This document shows, piece after piece, positions 1-11,480 of a DNA stretch of 31,127 bases. The stretch spans positions 1-31,127 of the forward strand of contig JBMGUZ010000031.1 in the NCBI GenBank assembly GCA_051530055.1. Reading direction: 5' to 3'. A program made the position numbers and the translations under genes. This DNA is from Neoechinorhynchus agilis. Lineage: Eukaryota; Animalia; Acanthocephala. How positions within the stretch are numbered: the first letter of the stretch is position 1; every line of letters begins with the position of its first letter. The notes below the pieces were generated by a model, which saw only the letters and a program-made list of their open reading frames with translations, was not told the origin of the DNA and made no database searches.

Positions 1-7
1 TCTGGGC

Positions 8-120
8 ATTCCCGTGGCGAGGCAGGCAAATACTTTTTCTAGGGCCTCGCAGCAAGCAAAAATAAATTCGCCATCGTTAAACCGGAGGGAGATCAGGAAT
101 CGCAGCTGAGGAGCGAAATG
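8..120 (+). mobile_element. Fragment of decayed CRE-type non-LTR retrotransposon (mirror of 23128-23235)
   Basis: ttcccgtggcgagg...ctcgcagc...gctgaggagcgaaa aligns to the FPWREGK...LAAS...AEGRK region of the intact CRE ORF at 16941-17065. Confidence 0.8.
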
Positions 121-3100
121 TTAATTCCGATCTCTAATGAACAACGGGAAATACAGAGTTTTTGTGTTTTCTTTCAAAAAATCAGATTCAGTTTCGTAAA
201 TTAACAAAGTTCAATTTTGGTAATTAATTAAAAAATATTAAATGCGATAGCGCTACAGAAATTAAATTTTATCTTGAATAGAAACGAGATTAAGACTTAA
301 TCCCAACAAACCAAAAATTTAATTCCGATCTCTAATGAACAACGGAAATCAGAGTTTTGTTTTCTTTCAAAAATCGATTCAGTTTCGTAAATTAACAAGC
401 AAAAAAAAAAAACAACCAAAAAACAACAATTGAATCGATCGCTTTTTCGTGGAAATCTTTTACAAAAATGTTAATTCCGATCTCTAATGAACAACGGGAA
501 ATACAGAGTTTTTGTGTTTTCTTTCAAAAAATCAGATTCAGTTTCGTAAAGTTAACAAAGTTCAATTTTGGTAATTAAATTAAAAAAATTATTAAAATGC
601 GATAGCGCTGACAGAAAATTGAAATTTATCTTAATCTTGAATAGAAATCGGAGATTAAGACTCTTTGAATCGATCGCTTTATTCCATTCGTGGAAATCTT
701 TTACAAAAATATTAATTCCGATCTCTAATGAACAACGGGAAATACAGAGTTTTTGTGTTTTCTTTCAAAAAATCAGATTCAGTTTCGTAAAATTAACAAA
801 GTTCAATTTTGGTAATTTAATTAAATGATTAATATGCAATAACGCTGACAGAAAAAAATTGAAATTTGTTGTTATCTTGAATAGAAATCGGAGATTAAGA
901 CTCTTTGAATCGATCGCTTTATTCCATTCGTGGAAATCTTTTACAAAAATGTTAATTCCGATCTCTAATGAACAACGGGAAATTCAGAGTTTTTTGTGTT
1001 TTCTTTCAAAAAATCAGATTCAGTTTCGTAAAGTTAACAAAGTTCACTTTTGGTAATTTAATTAAAAAATGATTAATATGCGATAGCGCTCTCAGGAAAT
1101 TAAAATTTGTCCTAATCTTGAACTTTGTGAATCGATCGCTTGATTTATTCGTGGAAATCTTTTACAAAAATGTTAATTGCGATCTCTAATGAACAACGGG
1201 AAATTCAGAGTTTTTTGTGTTTTCTTTCAAAAAATCAGATTCAGTTTCGTAAAGTTAACGAAGTTCACTTTTGGTAATTTAATTAAAAAAATGATTAATA
1301 TGCGATAGCGCTCTCAGGAAATTAAAATTTGTCCTAATCTTGATTTGATCATCATCATCCAAACCGCTTTTACTCTCTTCTCCGCTTGAGTTTACTTGAA
1401 CCAATACGTTCATTTTCTTTTGGCAAGATCTCTATTACGAGTTTTCTTTCAAAAAAATCAGATTCAGTTTCGTAAAGTTAACAAAGTTCAATTTTGGTAA
1501 TTTAATTAAATGATTAATATGCAATAACGCTGACAGAAAAAAATTGAAATTTGTTGTTATCTTGAATAGAAATCGGAGATTAAGACTCTTTGAATCGATC
1601 GCTTTATTCCATTCGTGGAAATCTTTAACAAAAATGTTAATTCCGATCTCTAATGAACAACGGGAAATACAGAGTTTTTGTGTTTTCTTTCAAAAATCAG
1701 ATTCAGTTTCGTAAAATTAACAAAGTTCAATTTTGGTAATTTAATTAAATGATTAATATGCAATAACGCTGACAGAAAAAATTGAAATTTGTTGTTATCT
1801 TGAATAGAAATCGGAGATTAAGACCTTTGAATCGATCGCTTTATTCCATTCGTGGAAATCTTTACAAAAATGTTAATTCCGATCTCTAATGAACAATATA
1901 AATTCAGATTTTTTGTGTTTTCTTTCAAAAAATCAGATTCAGTTTCGTAAAGTTAACAAAGTTCAATTTTGGTAATTTAATTATAAAATGATTAATATGC
2001 AATAACGCTGACAAGAAATTAAAATTTGTCCTAATCTTGAATAGAAATCGGAGATTAAGACTCTTTGAATCGATCGCTTTATTCCATTCGTGGAAATCTT
2101 TTACAAAAATATTAATTCCGATCTCTAATGAACAACGGGAAATACAGAGTTTTTGTGTTTTCTTTCAAAAAATCAGATTCAGTTTCGTAAAATTAACAAA
2201 GTTCAATTTTGGTAATTAAATTAAAAAAATTATTAAAATGCGATAGCGCTGACAGAAAATTGAAATTTATCTTAATCTTGAATAGAAATCGGAGATTAAG
2301 ACTCTTGAATCGATCGCTTTATTCCATTCGTGGAAATCTTTTAAAAAAATATTAATTCCGATCTCTAATGAACAACGGGAAATACAGAGTTTTTGTGTTT
2401 TCTTTCAAAAAATCAGATTCAGTTTCAAAATTAACAAAGTTCAATTTTGGTAATTTAATTAAATTAATAATATGCAATAACGCTGAAAAATTGAAATTTG
2501 TTGTTATCTTGAATAGAAATCGGAGATTAAGACTTTTGAATCGATCGCTTTATTCCATTCGTGGAAATCTTTTACAAAAATGTTAATTGCGATCTCTAAT
2601 GAACAACGGGAAATTCAGAGTTTTTTGTGTTTTCTTTCAAAAAATCAGATTCAGTTTCGTAAAGTTAACGAAGTTCACTTTTGGTAATTTAATTAAAAAA
2701 ATGATTAATATGCGATAGCGCTCTCAGGAAATTAAAATTTGTCCTAATCTTGAACTTTGTGAATCGATCGCTTGATTTGATTCGTGGAAATCTTTTACAA
2801 AAATGTTAATTCCGATCTCTAATGAACAACGGGAAATACAAAGTTTTTTATGTTTTCTTTCAAAAAATCAGATTCAGTTTCGTAAAGTTAACAAAGTTCA
2901 ATTTTGGTAATTTAATTAAATGATTAATATGCAATAACGCTGACAGAAAAAAATTGAAATTTGTTGTTATCTTGAATAGAAATCGGAGATTAAGACTCTT
3001 TGAATCGATCGCTTTATTCCATTCGTGGAAATCTTTTACAAAAATGTTAATTCCGATCTCTAATGAACAACGGCAAATTCAGAGTTTTTGTGTTTTCTTT

Positions 3101-4670
3101 CAAAAAATCAGATTCAGTTTCGTAAAGTTAACAAAGTTCAATTTTGGTAATTTAATTATAAAATGATTAATATGCAATAACGCTGACAAGAAATTAAAAT
3201 TTGTCCTAATCTTGAATAGAAATCGGAGATTAAGACTCTTTGAATCGATCGCTTTATTCCATTCGTGGAAATCTTTTACAAAAATATTAATTCCGATCTC
3301 TAATGAACAACGGGAAATACAGAGTTTTTGTGTTTTCTTTCAAAAAATCAGATTCAGTTTCGTAAAATTAACAAAGTTCAATTTTGGTAATTTAATTAAA
3401 AAATGATTAATATGCGATAGCGCTGACAGGAAATTAAAATTTGTCCTAATCTTGAATAGAAATCGAAGATTAAGACTCTGTGAATCGATCGCTTTATTCC
3501 ATTCGTGGAAATCTTTTACAAAAATGTTAATTCCGATCTCTAATGAACAACGAGAAATACAGAGTTTTTGTGTTTTCTTTCAAAAAATCAGATTCGGTTT
3601 CGTAAAGTTAACAAAGTGCAACTTTGGTAATTTAATTAAAAAAATGATTAATATGCGATAGCGCTGACAGGAAATTAAAATTTGTCGTAATCTTGAATAG
3701 AAATCGGAGATTAAGACTCTTTGAATCGATCGCTTTATTCAATTCGTGGAAATCTTTTCCAAAAATATTAATTCCGATCTCTAATGAACAACGGGAAATA
3801 CAGAGTTTTTGTGTTTTCTTTCAAAAAATCAGATTTCAGTTTCGTAAAATTAACAAAGTTCAATTTTGGTAATTTAATTAAATGATTAATATGCAATAAC
3901 GCTGACAGAAAAAAATTGAAATTTGTTGTTATCTTGAATAGAAATCGGAGATTAAGACTCTTTGAATCGATCGCCTTATTCCATTCGTGGAAATCTTTTA
4001 CAAAAATGTTAATTCCGATCTCTAATGAACAACGGGAAATTCAGAGTTTTTTGTGTTTTCTTTCAAAAAATCAGATTCAGTTTCGTAAAGTTAACAAAGT
4101 TCACTTTTGGTAATTTAATTAAAAAAATGATTAATATGCGATAGCGCTCTCAGGAAATTAAAATTTGTCCTAATCTTGAACTTTGTGAATCGATCGCTTG
4201 ATTTTATTCGTGGAAATCTTTTACAAAAATGTAAATTCCGATCTCTAATGAACAACGGGAAATACAAAGTTTTTTATGTTTTCTTTCAAAAAATCAGATT
4301 CAGTTTCGTAAAGTTAACAAAGTTCAATTTTGGTAATTTAATTAAAAAATGATTAATATGCTATGACGCTGACAGAAAATTAAAATTGGTCCTAATCTTG
4401 AATAGAAATCTTAGATTAAGACTAACTGAATCGATCGCTTTTTTCCATTCGTGGAAATCTTTTACAAAAATGTTAATTCCGATCTCTAATGAACAACGGG
4501 AAATACAAAGTTTTTTTTTCTTTCAAAAAATCAGATTTTGTTTCGTATAGTTAACAAAGTTCAACTTTGGTGCTCAATAAAAACTGATTAATATGCAAAT
4601 CTTTTTTTATCGTATTGCTAATTTCTGGCGTTGAAAAATTGAAATTTGTCCGAATTTTCATTTGAAAACT
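116..4670 (+). repeat. Tandem satellite, ~240-bp monomer, about 19-20 copies, several sequence variants
   Basis: Recurrent ttaattccgatctctaatgaacaacgggaaa...gaatcgatcgct...ttcgtggaaatc at ~220-243-bp spacing. The innermost unit (4590-4670) is degenerate. Confidence 0.99.
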
Positions 4671-5237
4671 CACAGTAAACATCGACAAATCCTCTGTATA
4701 GAATTAACTAAAAACAAAAACTACTAACAAATTGTTTGATTTTGTGTTTAAACAAAAAGCGTCTATTGAAACATTCAAAATAAAGAAGAAATGCTTTAGT
4801 TTAAAACACGTTGTCTTTTGTCCTAAAGTCAGTTCGACTATTACCAACGGTGGCAATAAAAGACATTTTGTTTAATGCTTTTATACTCGTAGTCTAAATA
4901 GTGGACATGATTCGCTGGGTCTAAGCAACGCTTTCACCATAAAACACAGAAGCGACCTAAAAATACGCTGTATGCCGTTTGTGGGATTTTTTTCATTATT
5001 ATCGGCATAATACAAAAACATGGAGGAATTTCGCACAAAAAAACATTCATAGATTCTGGCGATCACCAATTTTTCATATCGTAGTCACTGAAAACCTACA
5101 TCAATATGTAATCAAAAACTTTTTCTTTTTTAGTGAAACAAAACTGAGATAAATTCTAAAAAAAGAAGGTTGCATGCCATCGAATTGGCGTTCAATTGAC
5201 GCTTAAAAATAATGTCAAATTTTTTGCCGTCCTCCTC

Positions 5238-6068
5238 TCGAGATCTTTTGAATAAGTTTTATTTATTGTAATGACAAAAAGAAAATCTTAATTTCCGTGT
5301 GCTTTCGCTGTCTTACGACTTCCTAAGGAATTTCTTGAAAGTTTTCTAACATCCTGAGCAATTGAGAAAATGAAAATATTTCAAAATTCATCGATAGAGA
5401 AAATCCTTCGGGTTAGTCAAAGTATCATTTGGGTGAAAATACTCCCAGATATTTAGAAGGAGGTAACCTTGCCTCCGCCATTTATCGATTTATTTGGTGA
5501 AATACGTTAATGTCATCGATGTCTGACTCAAGCAGATAAATAAAGATTATGAATTTAGGGTTGCTAATTTTCTTTATAAGTTGTAGCAATCAATATCTTC
5601 CCGATCCTAGGGGAGGAATTTCTATCATCCCGTAGAATTTGGTCTTAAGCTCGGATCCAACAAAAGATTTATTCTTTTCCAAAACGTTTCACAATAGCCT
5701 AATTTCTGGTCGCTTTTAGTTTTCATTTTATTCTGAAGTCCACAATGGATGATTTTCAAATACTACAAAAATTAGACATATTGTTTAGACAATCTTAGAA
5801 GCAACGAAATAAACATGTGAGAAATCGGTATAGCAAATGGGTTAGGGTGCCAAAAAGAGAAGTATAGCAATAACACTTCGGTAAAGTGTTTCTTGCAGTT
5901 CGGATTTCCGATTATACACATCTCAGCCACCAGTTTCGGGATCCCTTTTAGAACAATCGTGACTACAAAGGATAAAAAAATTGATTTTTTAAGGAAAAAC
6001 GTTTGTAAGACCAATAATTGAAATTTGTTTTCGGTATAATGTAACAATTTTTTTGTTAAAACATAGAT
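5238..6068 (-). mobile_element. Decayed Penelope-like (possibly Neptune-type) 3' fragment within left arm
   Basis: Mirror of 18240-19070. Remnants GNPNCK and (S)HVYFV...KQYV resemble the Cys linker and GIY-YIG start, and the fragment ends in a degenerate HHR plus aataaataaa. Confidence 0.45.
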
Positions 6069-6413
6069 TGAACATTAAATTGTTTATGGCATAAAAATTA
6101 AACCGTTTTAAGATTGAATTGTTTATATTGGTTGTTTTATGGCGTAGAAATCAAATGATAATTTTATTTTTAAACTGCAGATTATTTACAGGGGCACAAT
6201 CTTGTACGCCCTTTCATCTGAACTTTCTTTTTTGTTTCATTGGTTGTTCACTTGCAAACTTGTCTTTTTTAGTGTTAAAACTTGTCAGTTAGCAAACAAT
6301 TTCATTAGGTCGACATCGTGGCTTTTCCAATTTGATCATCGATTTGTTTAATAACAAAAGTGGTTGTTTTATTGGGAAGAAAATGATTTTAAAACAACGT
6401 TGACAAAAGACGT

Positions 6414-6640
6414 GTGATTGATCCGACGCTTTTTTCATTTATTAAGCGTTAAATCTATGGAAAAAATTAATTGTTATTTTTTGGCATAAAGCGAACCCGC
6501 AAAAAAATGCTAAATATAATTTTGGACTTTATTGAATTATTATGTGATCGATCCGACGCTTTTTTTCATTCTTTATTAAGCGTTAAATCTATGGAAAAAT
6601 TAATCTTAATTTTTTGGCATAAAGCGAATCCGCAAAAAAA
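6414..6640 (+). repeat. ~130-bp tandem repeat, about 1.8 copies (about 2.5 copies in right arm, 16474-17570, split by CRE)
   Basis: gtgat(t/c)gatccgacgcttttttcatt...aagcgttaaatctatggaaaaa...ggcataaagcgaa repeated at 6414 and 6544. Confidence 0.9.
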
Positions 6641-6680
6641 CAACCTTTAAAATGAGTTTGTGACTTTTAGTTTTCTTTAG

Positions 6681-7284
6681 ATGGGCACGGAAAAACCGGA
6701 ATGGCCTAACCTACTGATTCATATGGGTGTATTTCTCTTTCTTTTTTCTGAATCATTAGACTAAACCGTTCAAACAAAGTCTTTTGGCATCAATCATAGA
6801 ATATAGTCCTGTGACCGCCCGTAGACCCATTTGTAATGTTCTCATAAAAGAGACAATTGAGAGCTTTACCGGCAAAAATGTGCCGATGAGTATTTTAAAA
6901 CAAAGCATCAGCTCGTTCAAACATGGATTAAAAATCACGGAGTCTCGGCGTACAGTAAAATATGTCGTGGATTCGGAAGGACGTGTTATTCCTAAGGAGA
7001 TCGAGTACAAAGCAAAGATGGCTGAATTGAATGTAAAAAACGATCGACAATTTCGATTAAATAACTTAAATGATGAGATTGATGAACGTCTCGAAAATAT
7101 GCCCAGCAGTGCAATGCAACAAGCTCTTAAATTACATGATTCACTGTTGAAAAAACCAGCGAACAATACCTGCGACTCATTGATTCTAGGGACGAAGACC
7201 AGCGATAATCTTTATCAACCGAATGTCGCTTCGAAAAAAGAGTTCGAAGATCTATTGAATCAATCAAACCAAAAGATCAACTGA
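6681..7284 (+). CDS. Unknown protein; 166-aa ORF with TTG start, or ~190-aa spliced model (exon 6681-6728, intron 6729-6759, exon 6760-7284)
   Basis: Open for 166 codons in both arms. The upstream in-frame stop is the TAG of a pyrimidine-rich acceptor. Removing a 31-nt GT..AG intron joins ATG 6681 in frame (MGTEKPEWPNLLIHMG/TKPFKQSLLASIIEY). No domain recognised. Confidence 0.4.
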
Positions 7285-7580
7285 AACAGTAACGGCAAAG
7301 AAAAATCGTCGATAGTAAAAAAATCGCTTATCTAGACGGAGATCTCAACGTGTAAAAATAAAAACAACTTTCCAAACTGAATTTGAAATACCAGCACAAA
7401 ATCATTTCTCGGCGTACCTGGTCAATGGTATCGTTCAAAGTTTTAAAAAATCCATCTTTGTAAACATTTAATTTTTGAACAGCGATTATTATTATTATTT
7501 CACGCCTCATACAACATACACACAATCAATCTCTTAATTCCTCTTTCTTGCTTGATCTAATATGTCTCGGGCCCAAGATG

Positions 7581-7620
7581 GCTGTGAGTTGTGGGACGAT
7601 CTCTTAAATCCCCTCACAGC
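7581..7620 (-). other. 3'-UTR stem-loop of LINE-A
   Basis: gctgtgag(ttgt)ggga-cgatctcttaaa-tccc-ctcacagc: an 8-bp plus 4-bp stem about 80 nt upstream of the (TAA)n tail. Confidence 0.65.
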
Positions 7621-7646
7621 AGCCTCGAAAACCCTTCTTTTAATTC

Positions 7647-10150
7647 TTAAGTAATAATAATCCTTTTCTTGTCCTGATCCTGTAAAAAAGAGAATAACAT
7701 GAGAAAATCACTTACCTCATTCCTGTTAAGTATATTAGTTTGATTAATGGGTAAAAAACTGGATGGTTTATTGAAAAAGATTCTAAGAATTGAGGAGTTG
7801 TAATTAAAATATTTACAGCTAGAATAATAATAAGAATAAAACCAAATTTTAGACAAAAAAATTCTTGTTAAAAAGGAAAAAAGGGGTTCCGTATCAATAT
7901 TATTTTTAATAAGAATACTGCTAAGCTTATTCAGCATAGTAAGATAAAATGATAGTCTGTTTTCTGGGGGCCGGCTTCGTGCGAAAAAGCATATTGAACC
8001 CCCTAGAAATATTTTTAACACTTTAGAAATAAAAGGTGGGGAAATTGATAACCTTTTCGCTCTTTTGATAAAAATATCTGTTTTTGTCAGAAGACTTTTA
8101 AAGGAAGAGTTTATAAAAATTCTATGATTTTTACAGGGGAAATCAACACCTAAACTCTTGGAATGCGATCTAAAATTGATATTAGGGAAATTGAAATTAG
8201 AAGATAATTCATTAATTAGAAGCTTCCTCGAAGCCAAAGTTTTAGTCAGTGGAATAAAGAAAGTTTTGTTATTGTTTGTAACTAAATTGGCTTTCCTAAG
8301 TTCCGACGACAAAGATTGCATAAAATTGGCTATATTATTCGTTAGAATAGAAGATGTTCTAGCTTTACAAAATAAGAATATATCATCCGCATAAACTAAA
8401 AGAAATATGGAAGATGATTTCTTTAAATTTTTGAAAATATATATAAGGGCAATTAAAAATAAGGTGGGCGAGAGTGGAGATCCTTGAGGAACACCATATC
8501 TAGAGAAATTTAGTGTGAGAAGGGTCCACCTCATAGTAAAAGGACTTGGATTCCATAAGATAGTTGGTTTTGTAGATAAGATTAAGAGGAACTTTAAGAT
8601 TAACTAAAGCCTCATAAAGAAAGCCACGGTCCAAGGCATCAAAAGCCTTATTAATATCCAGCTGAATGAGAAGTTTTTGTACATTAATAGCTTCATTCAT
8701 AGAATTAAGAGAGGATAAAAGCGATGTGACACCTTTACCTCCAATGAAGCCATGGAAAAAGTCGGGGATTAGCTTTCTAAATACTAAAAAATCATACAGT
8801 TTCCCGTTCACCGCTCTTTCTAAGCAAGAGAAGATTGGGTTCTGTATGGAAATTACTCTGATGTGGGATGCGTTAAATATACGTCCTTTCGTTTTGGGAA
8901 TAAAAATTTTCTTAACAATATTTATGTTAAGTAGATCATTAAAATCAATTTTCGATAAACGAAATCTACTAAAAAAATAGATTTTACCTTATCAGAAATA
9001 GAACTAAAAATTATGGGTGAAGTGCCATTTATATTGTACGCTTTAGAGGGGTTAGATTTACAGGCCTTCAGAAAAACTTCAACTTCAAAATTCCACGAAA
9101 AGGACTTTTTATTAAAGATGGGAAGTGGAGGAGAAGAACATGCACTAAGAGTATGTGCCATCAAAATATACTCAATTGCTGTAGGATAAGATATAGACCC
9201 TATCCAGTTAGATGCTTTTGCCTTCCAACAGACCGGTCTTCTTTTCAAAATACAGGACCAAAAGTCCTTACCAAAGGATTTAAGAGAGATCAGCTTCTTT
9301 TTGTCCAACGAAACTTGATGATAAAACTTAGCTGTGTAAAATTTTTTCATAAGTTTTTAAGGGGAGCGTTACCATACAAGTCAGCTATAACAGCATTTTT
9401 ATAAAATATGTTGACTTCATGACAAACAGGAGGTCGCTTGATCACAGACTTAGTAATTAAATTTTTATGTACAGAGGATAAAATGGCATTGTTAAAGTCA
9501 GATAAGGAGGATGAAATGGAAGAGTTCATAAAAGAAAGGAGATTATTATTAAATTTTGAAAAGCTTTTAGGATTAAAAACGAAAGTGTCCTTAAGAGAGA
9601 TGCCATTAGATTTAAAAAGGATAATCTCTGTGACTGAAGTTGGGAAGCAGGATAAAATAAAATAGGAATTGACTTTTTAATAATTGCACCATCCAAGAAG
9701 GTATGTCTATTAGATTTAACATTATGAAAAGAAGGAAATTTGGGGAGCAAAAAATTGTGAAACTTAAAAAAGGGCCTAAAAGCATTTAAAAAATTACTAT
9801 TGAAGTCGCCTACGATAAAGTCAGAATTCCAGTAACGAAGGATATGCATAAAAGATTTAGTAAATATACCCACGTGTCTGGGTTGAATATACAAGTTGCA
9901 AAGGATAAGAGTAGGAGAGAAAAGGGATGAGGTTCCATATAAGGGATTATTAAAAGAAATAATTTGCATTGCAAAAGAAATATTTTTAGTTTGAAAGAGA
10001 AGTTTAGAAGAGTGAGATTTAAGAATAAATGTTTGAAGTAGAAAAGCCGGTTTCTTGAAAACACAGCTTGTTAACATAGTTATCAACTACACAAGGAGTA
10101 AGAAAGTTAGGAAAACTAGAAGCCCTAAAGGCATTATATGTGATGAAAGA
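7647..10150 (-). pseudogene. LINE-A ORF2 (APE endonuclease + reverse transcriptase), split over several frames
   Basis: ORF pieces 9526-10086, 8922-9350, 8500-8811 and 7647-8534 carry the APE and RT motifs in the correct order. No RNase H seen. Confidence 0.9.
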
Positions 10151-10182
10151 GAAAGGACAGTCCTTATAATTGGAACAAGTCA

Positions 10183-11480
10183 TTAAATGAATTTAGGACG
10201 TTTGGAATCTATAGATTCCAAGTTACGCAAAGATGGGGAAATATCTCTTTTATAATTTTCACAATCGATCCAGTTATTAAAGTTAAATAATCTAGAAAAA
10301 TTGTCGGAGGTAGAGTCTGGTGTAGAAAGATTTTGCAGTTTGTGAAGGATCAAAGTAAGAATGTACTTAAGTAATGAAATTTCTTTATCGGGATAAAGTT
10401 GAGAAGTATTAATGGAAGATTTTAAACTATCAAGAAAGGATTTTTCCGGAGGTTTGGGGGGAAGTTTAGGCTTGTGACCATCAGGGGAAGGTTGAGTTTT
10501 CGACTCCTTAGAGGAAAAACCGTCCGAAGAGAAAGGATTATGTTGTGGATAGAATTCTCTATAACTAGAATTATGGAATACTCGCTGCTTCGATGGTATG
10601 GAATCGTCAAAATATTCTTGCGCGAATTTGCAAGAACGTGCAAAGGCCGGATGATTCTTGCCACAGTTTGCACAGGTAGAAGCATCAGAATTGGAGCAAG
10701 ATGATTTGTGATGAGGACCTGCACAAAAGATGCATCTGGAGGGGAAGACACAGTCAGATTCGTGGTGCTTCCATCTCGAACACCTCTGACATATCGTCAA
10801 ATTATAATCATAGATAGAGTCCCTGTATCGGTCAAAAGTGACCCAGTATGAGAAAAAACCCTGCCGGAGTTAGCTAGACTCTCGGCGACATTGATAGTAG
10901 CTGAACATAGGATGGCGTAGGCTGAACTAGCGTTGGGTCTAAACAGATATTTGACCAGTTTTATACCTAACTCATCCTCAATTTTGCGAAAATCAATAGT
11001 ATCCAAGTCTTGAGGAGGATTCCTCATTAGAAAGGTGACTCTACGAGATAGGTCAACAGATTGGATGCTTAACTCCCCTAGCATCTTAGAAAAGAGGTCT
11101 TTACCGGCCGCATCGAAAAAAATAAACAGGATGTGGAATTTGGCCACCGAGAACCTCTTTATCAAAAAATTCATATATTTCTCACGACCATTCGGCAGTA
11201 AATACTTCTCGAAGAAATAACGCGAGAAATAGGAGGGGGAGTTAGTGCCCATGGCTACTTTGGGAATTTTGATAACGAAATCCTCTTTCCTAACAGGACG
11301 CTTAAACCTTGATGCGTCGATCGAATGTTCCATCTGATCCCCTATGGAAACTTGTGCACAATCATTCAAAACTTCACAATCACTCGGGAGGAGGGGGATA
11401 GTAGGAACAAACCTTAATCTAGACATGTCGGAAATAGGGTTTATCTGATTGCTGATATTCGAAGCGCAATTTTGCATCAC
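10183..11480 (-). pseudogene. LINE-A ORF1 gag-like protein, one frameshift near 10800
   Basis: CQRCSRWKHHESDC, CIFCAGPHHKSSC and CANCGKNHPAFARSC give CX2CX4HX4C, CX2CX3HX4C and CX2CX3HX6C, the triple-knuckle pattern of Jockey/I/R1-group ORF1. Confidence 0.88.

Larger units (their letters stand above)
8..7482 (+). repeat. Left arm of giant inverted repeat (may continue beyond window start)
   Basis: Reverse complement of 15631-23235. Mirrored ORFs map with constant coordinate sums (4881..5069 vs 19239..19427 and 5772..6047 vs 18261..18536, sum 24308; 6784..7284 vs 15829..16329, sum 23113). Only scattered SNPs are seen in the unique part. Confidence 0.97.

Noticed and set aside
104-120. ctgaggagcgaaa as a hammerhead core
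   Set aside because: There is no stem II, and it is CRE coding sequence (AEERK).
568-4113. Repeated 60-86-aa ORFs (NRNRRLRLFESIALFHSWKSF...) and their mirrors at 19716-22956
   Set aside because: They are translations of the satellite monomer with TTG starts, and frame and length change with monomer indels.
116-4670. CRISPR-like array
   Set aside because: Whole ~240-bp units repeat with no unique spacers, there are no cas genes, and the context is eukaryotic.
6756-7166. 136-aa antisense ORF (and mirror 15947-16357)
   Set aside because: It fully overlaps the 166-aa ORF on the opposite strand with no recognisable motif, and I cannot support both.
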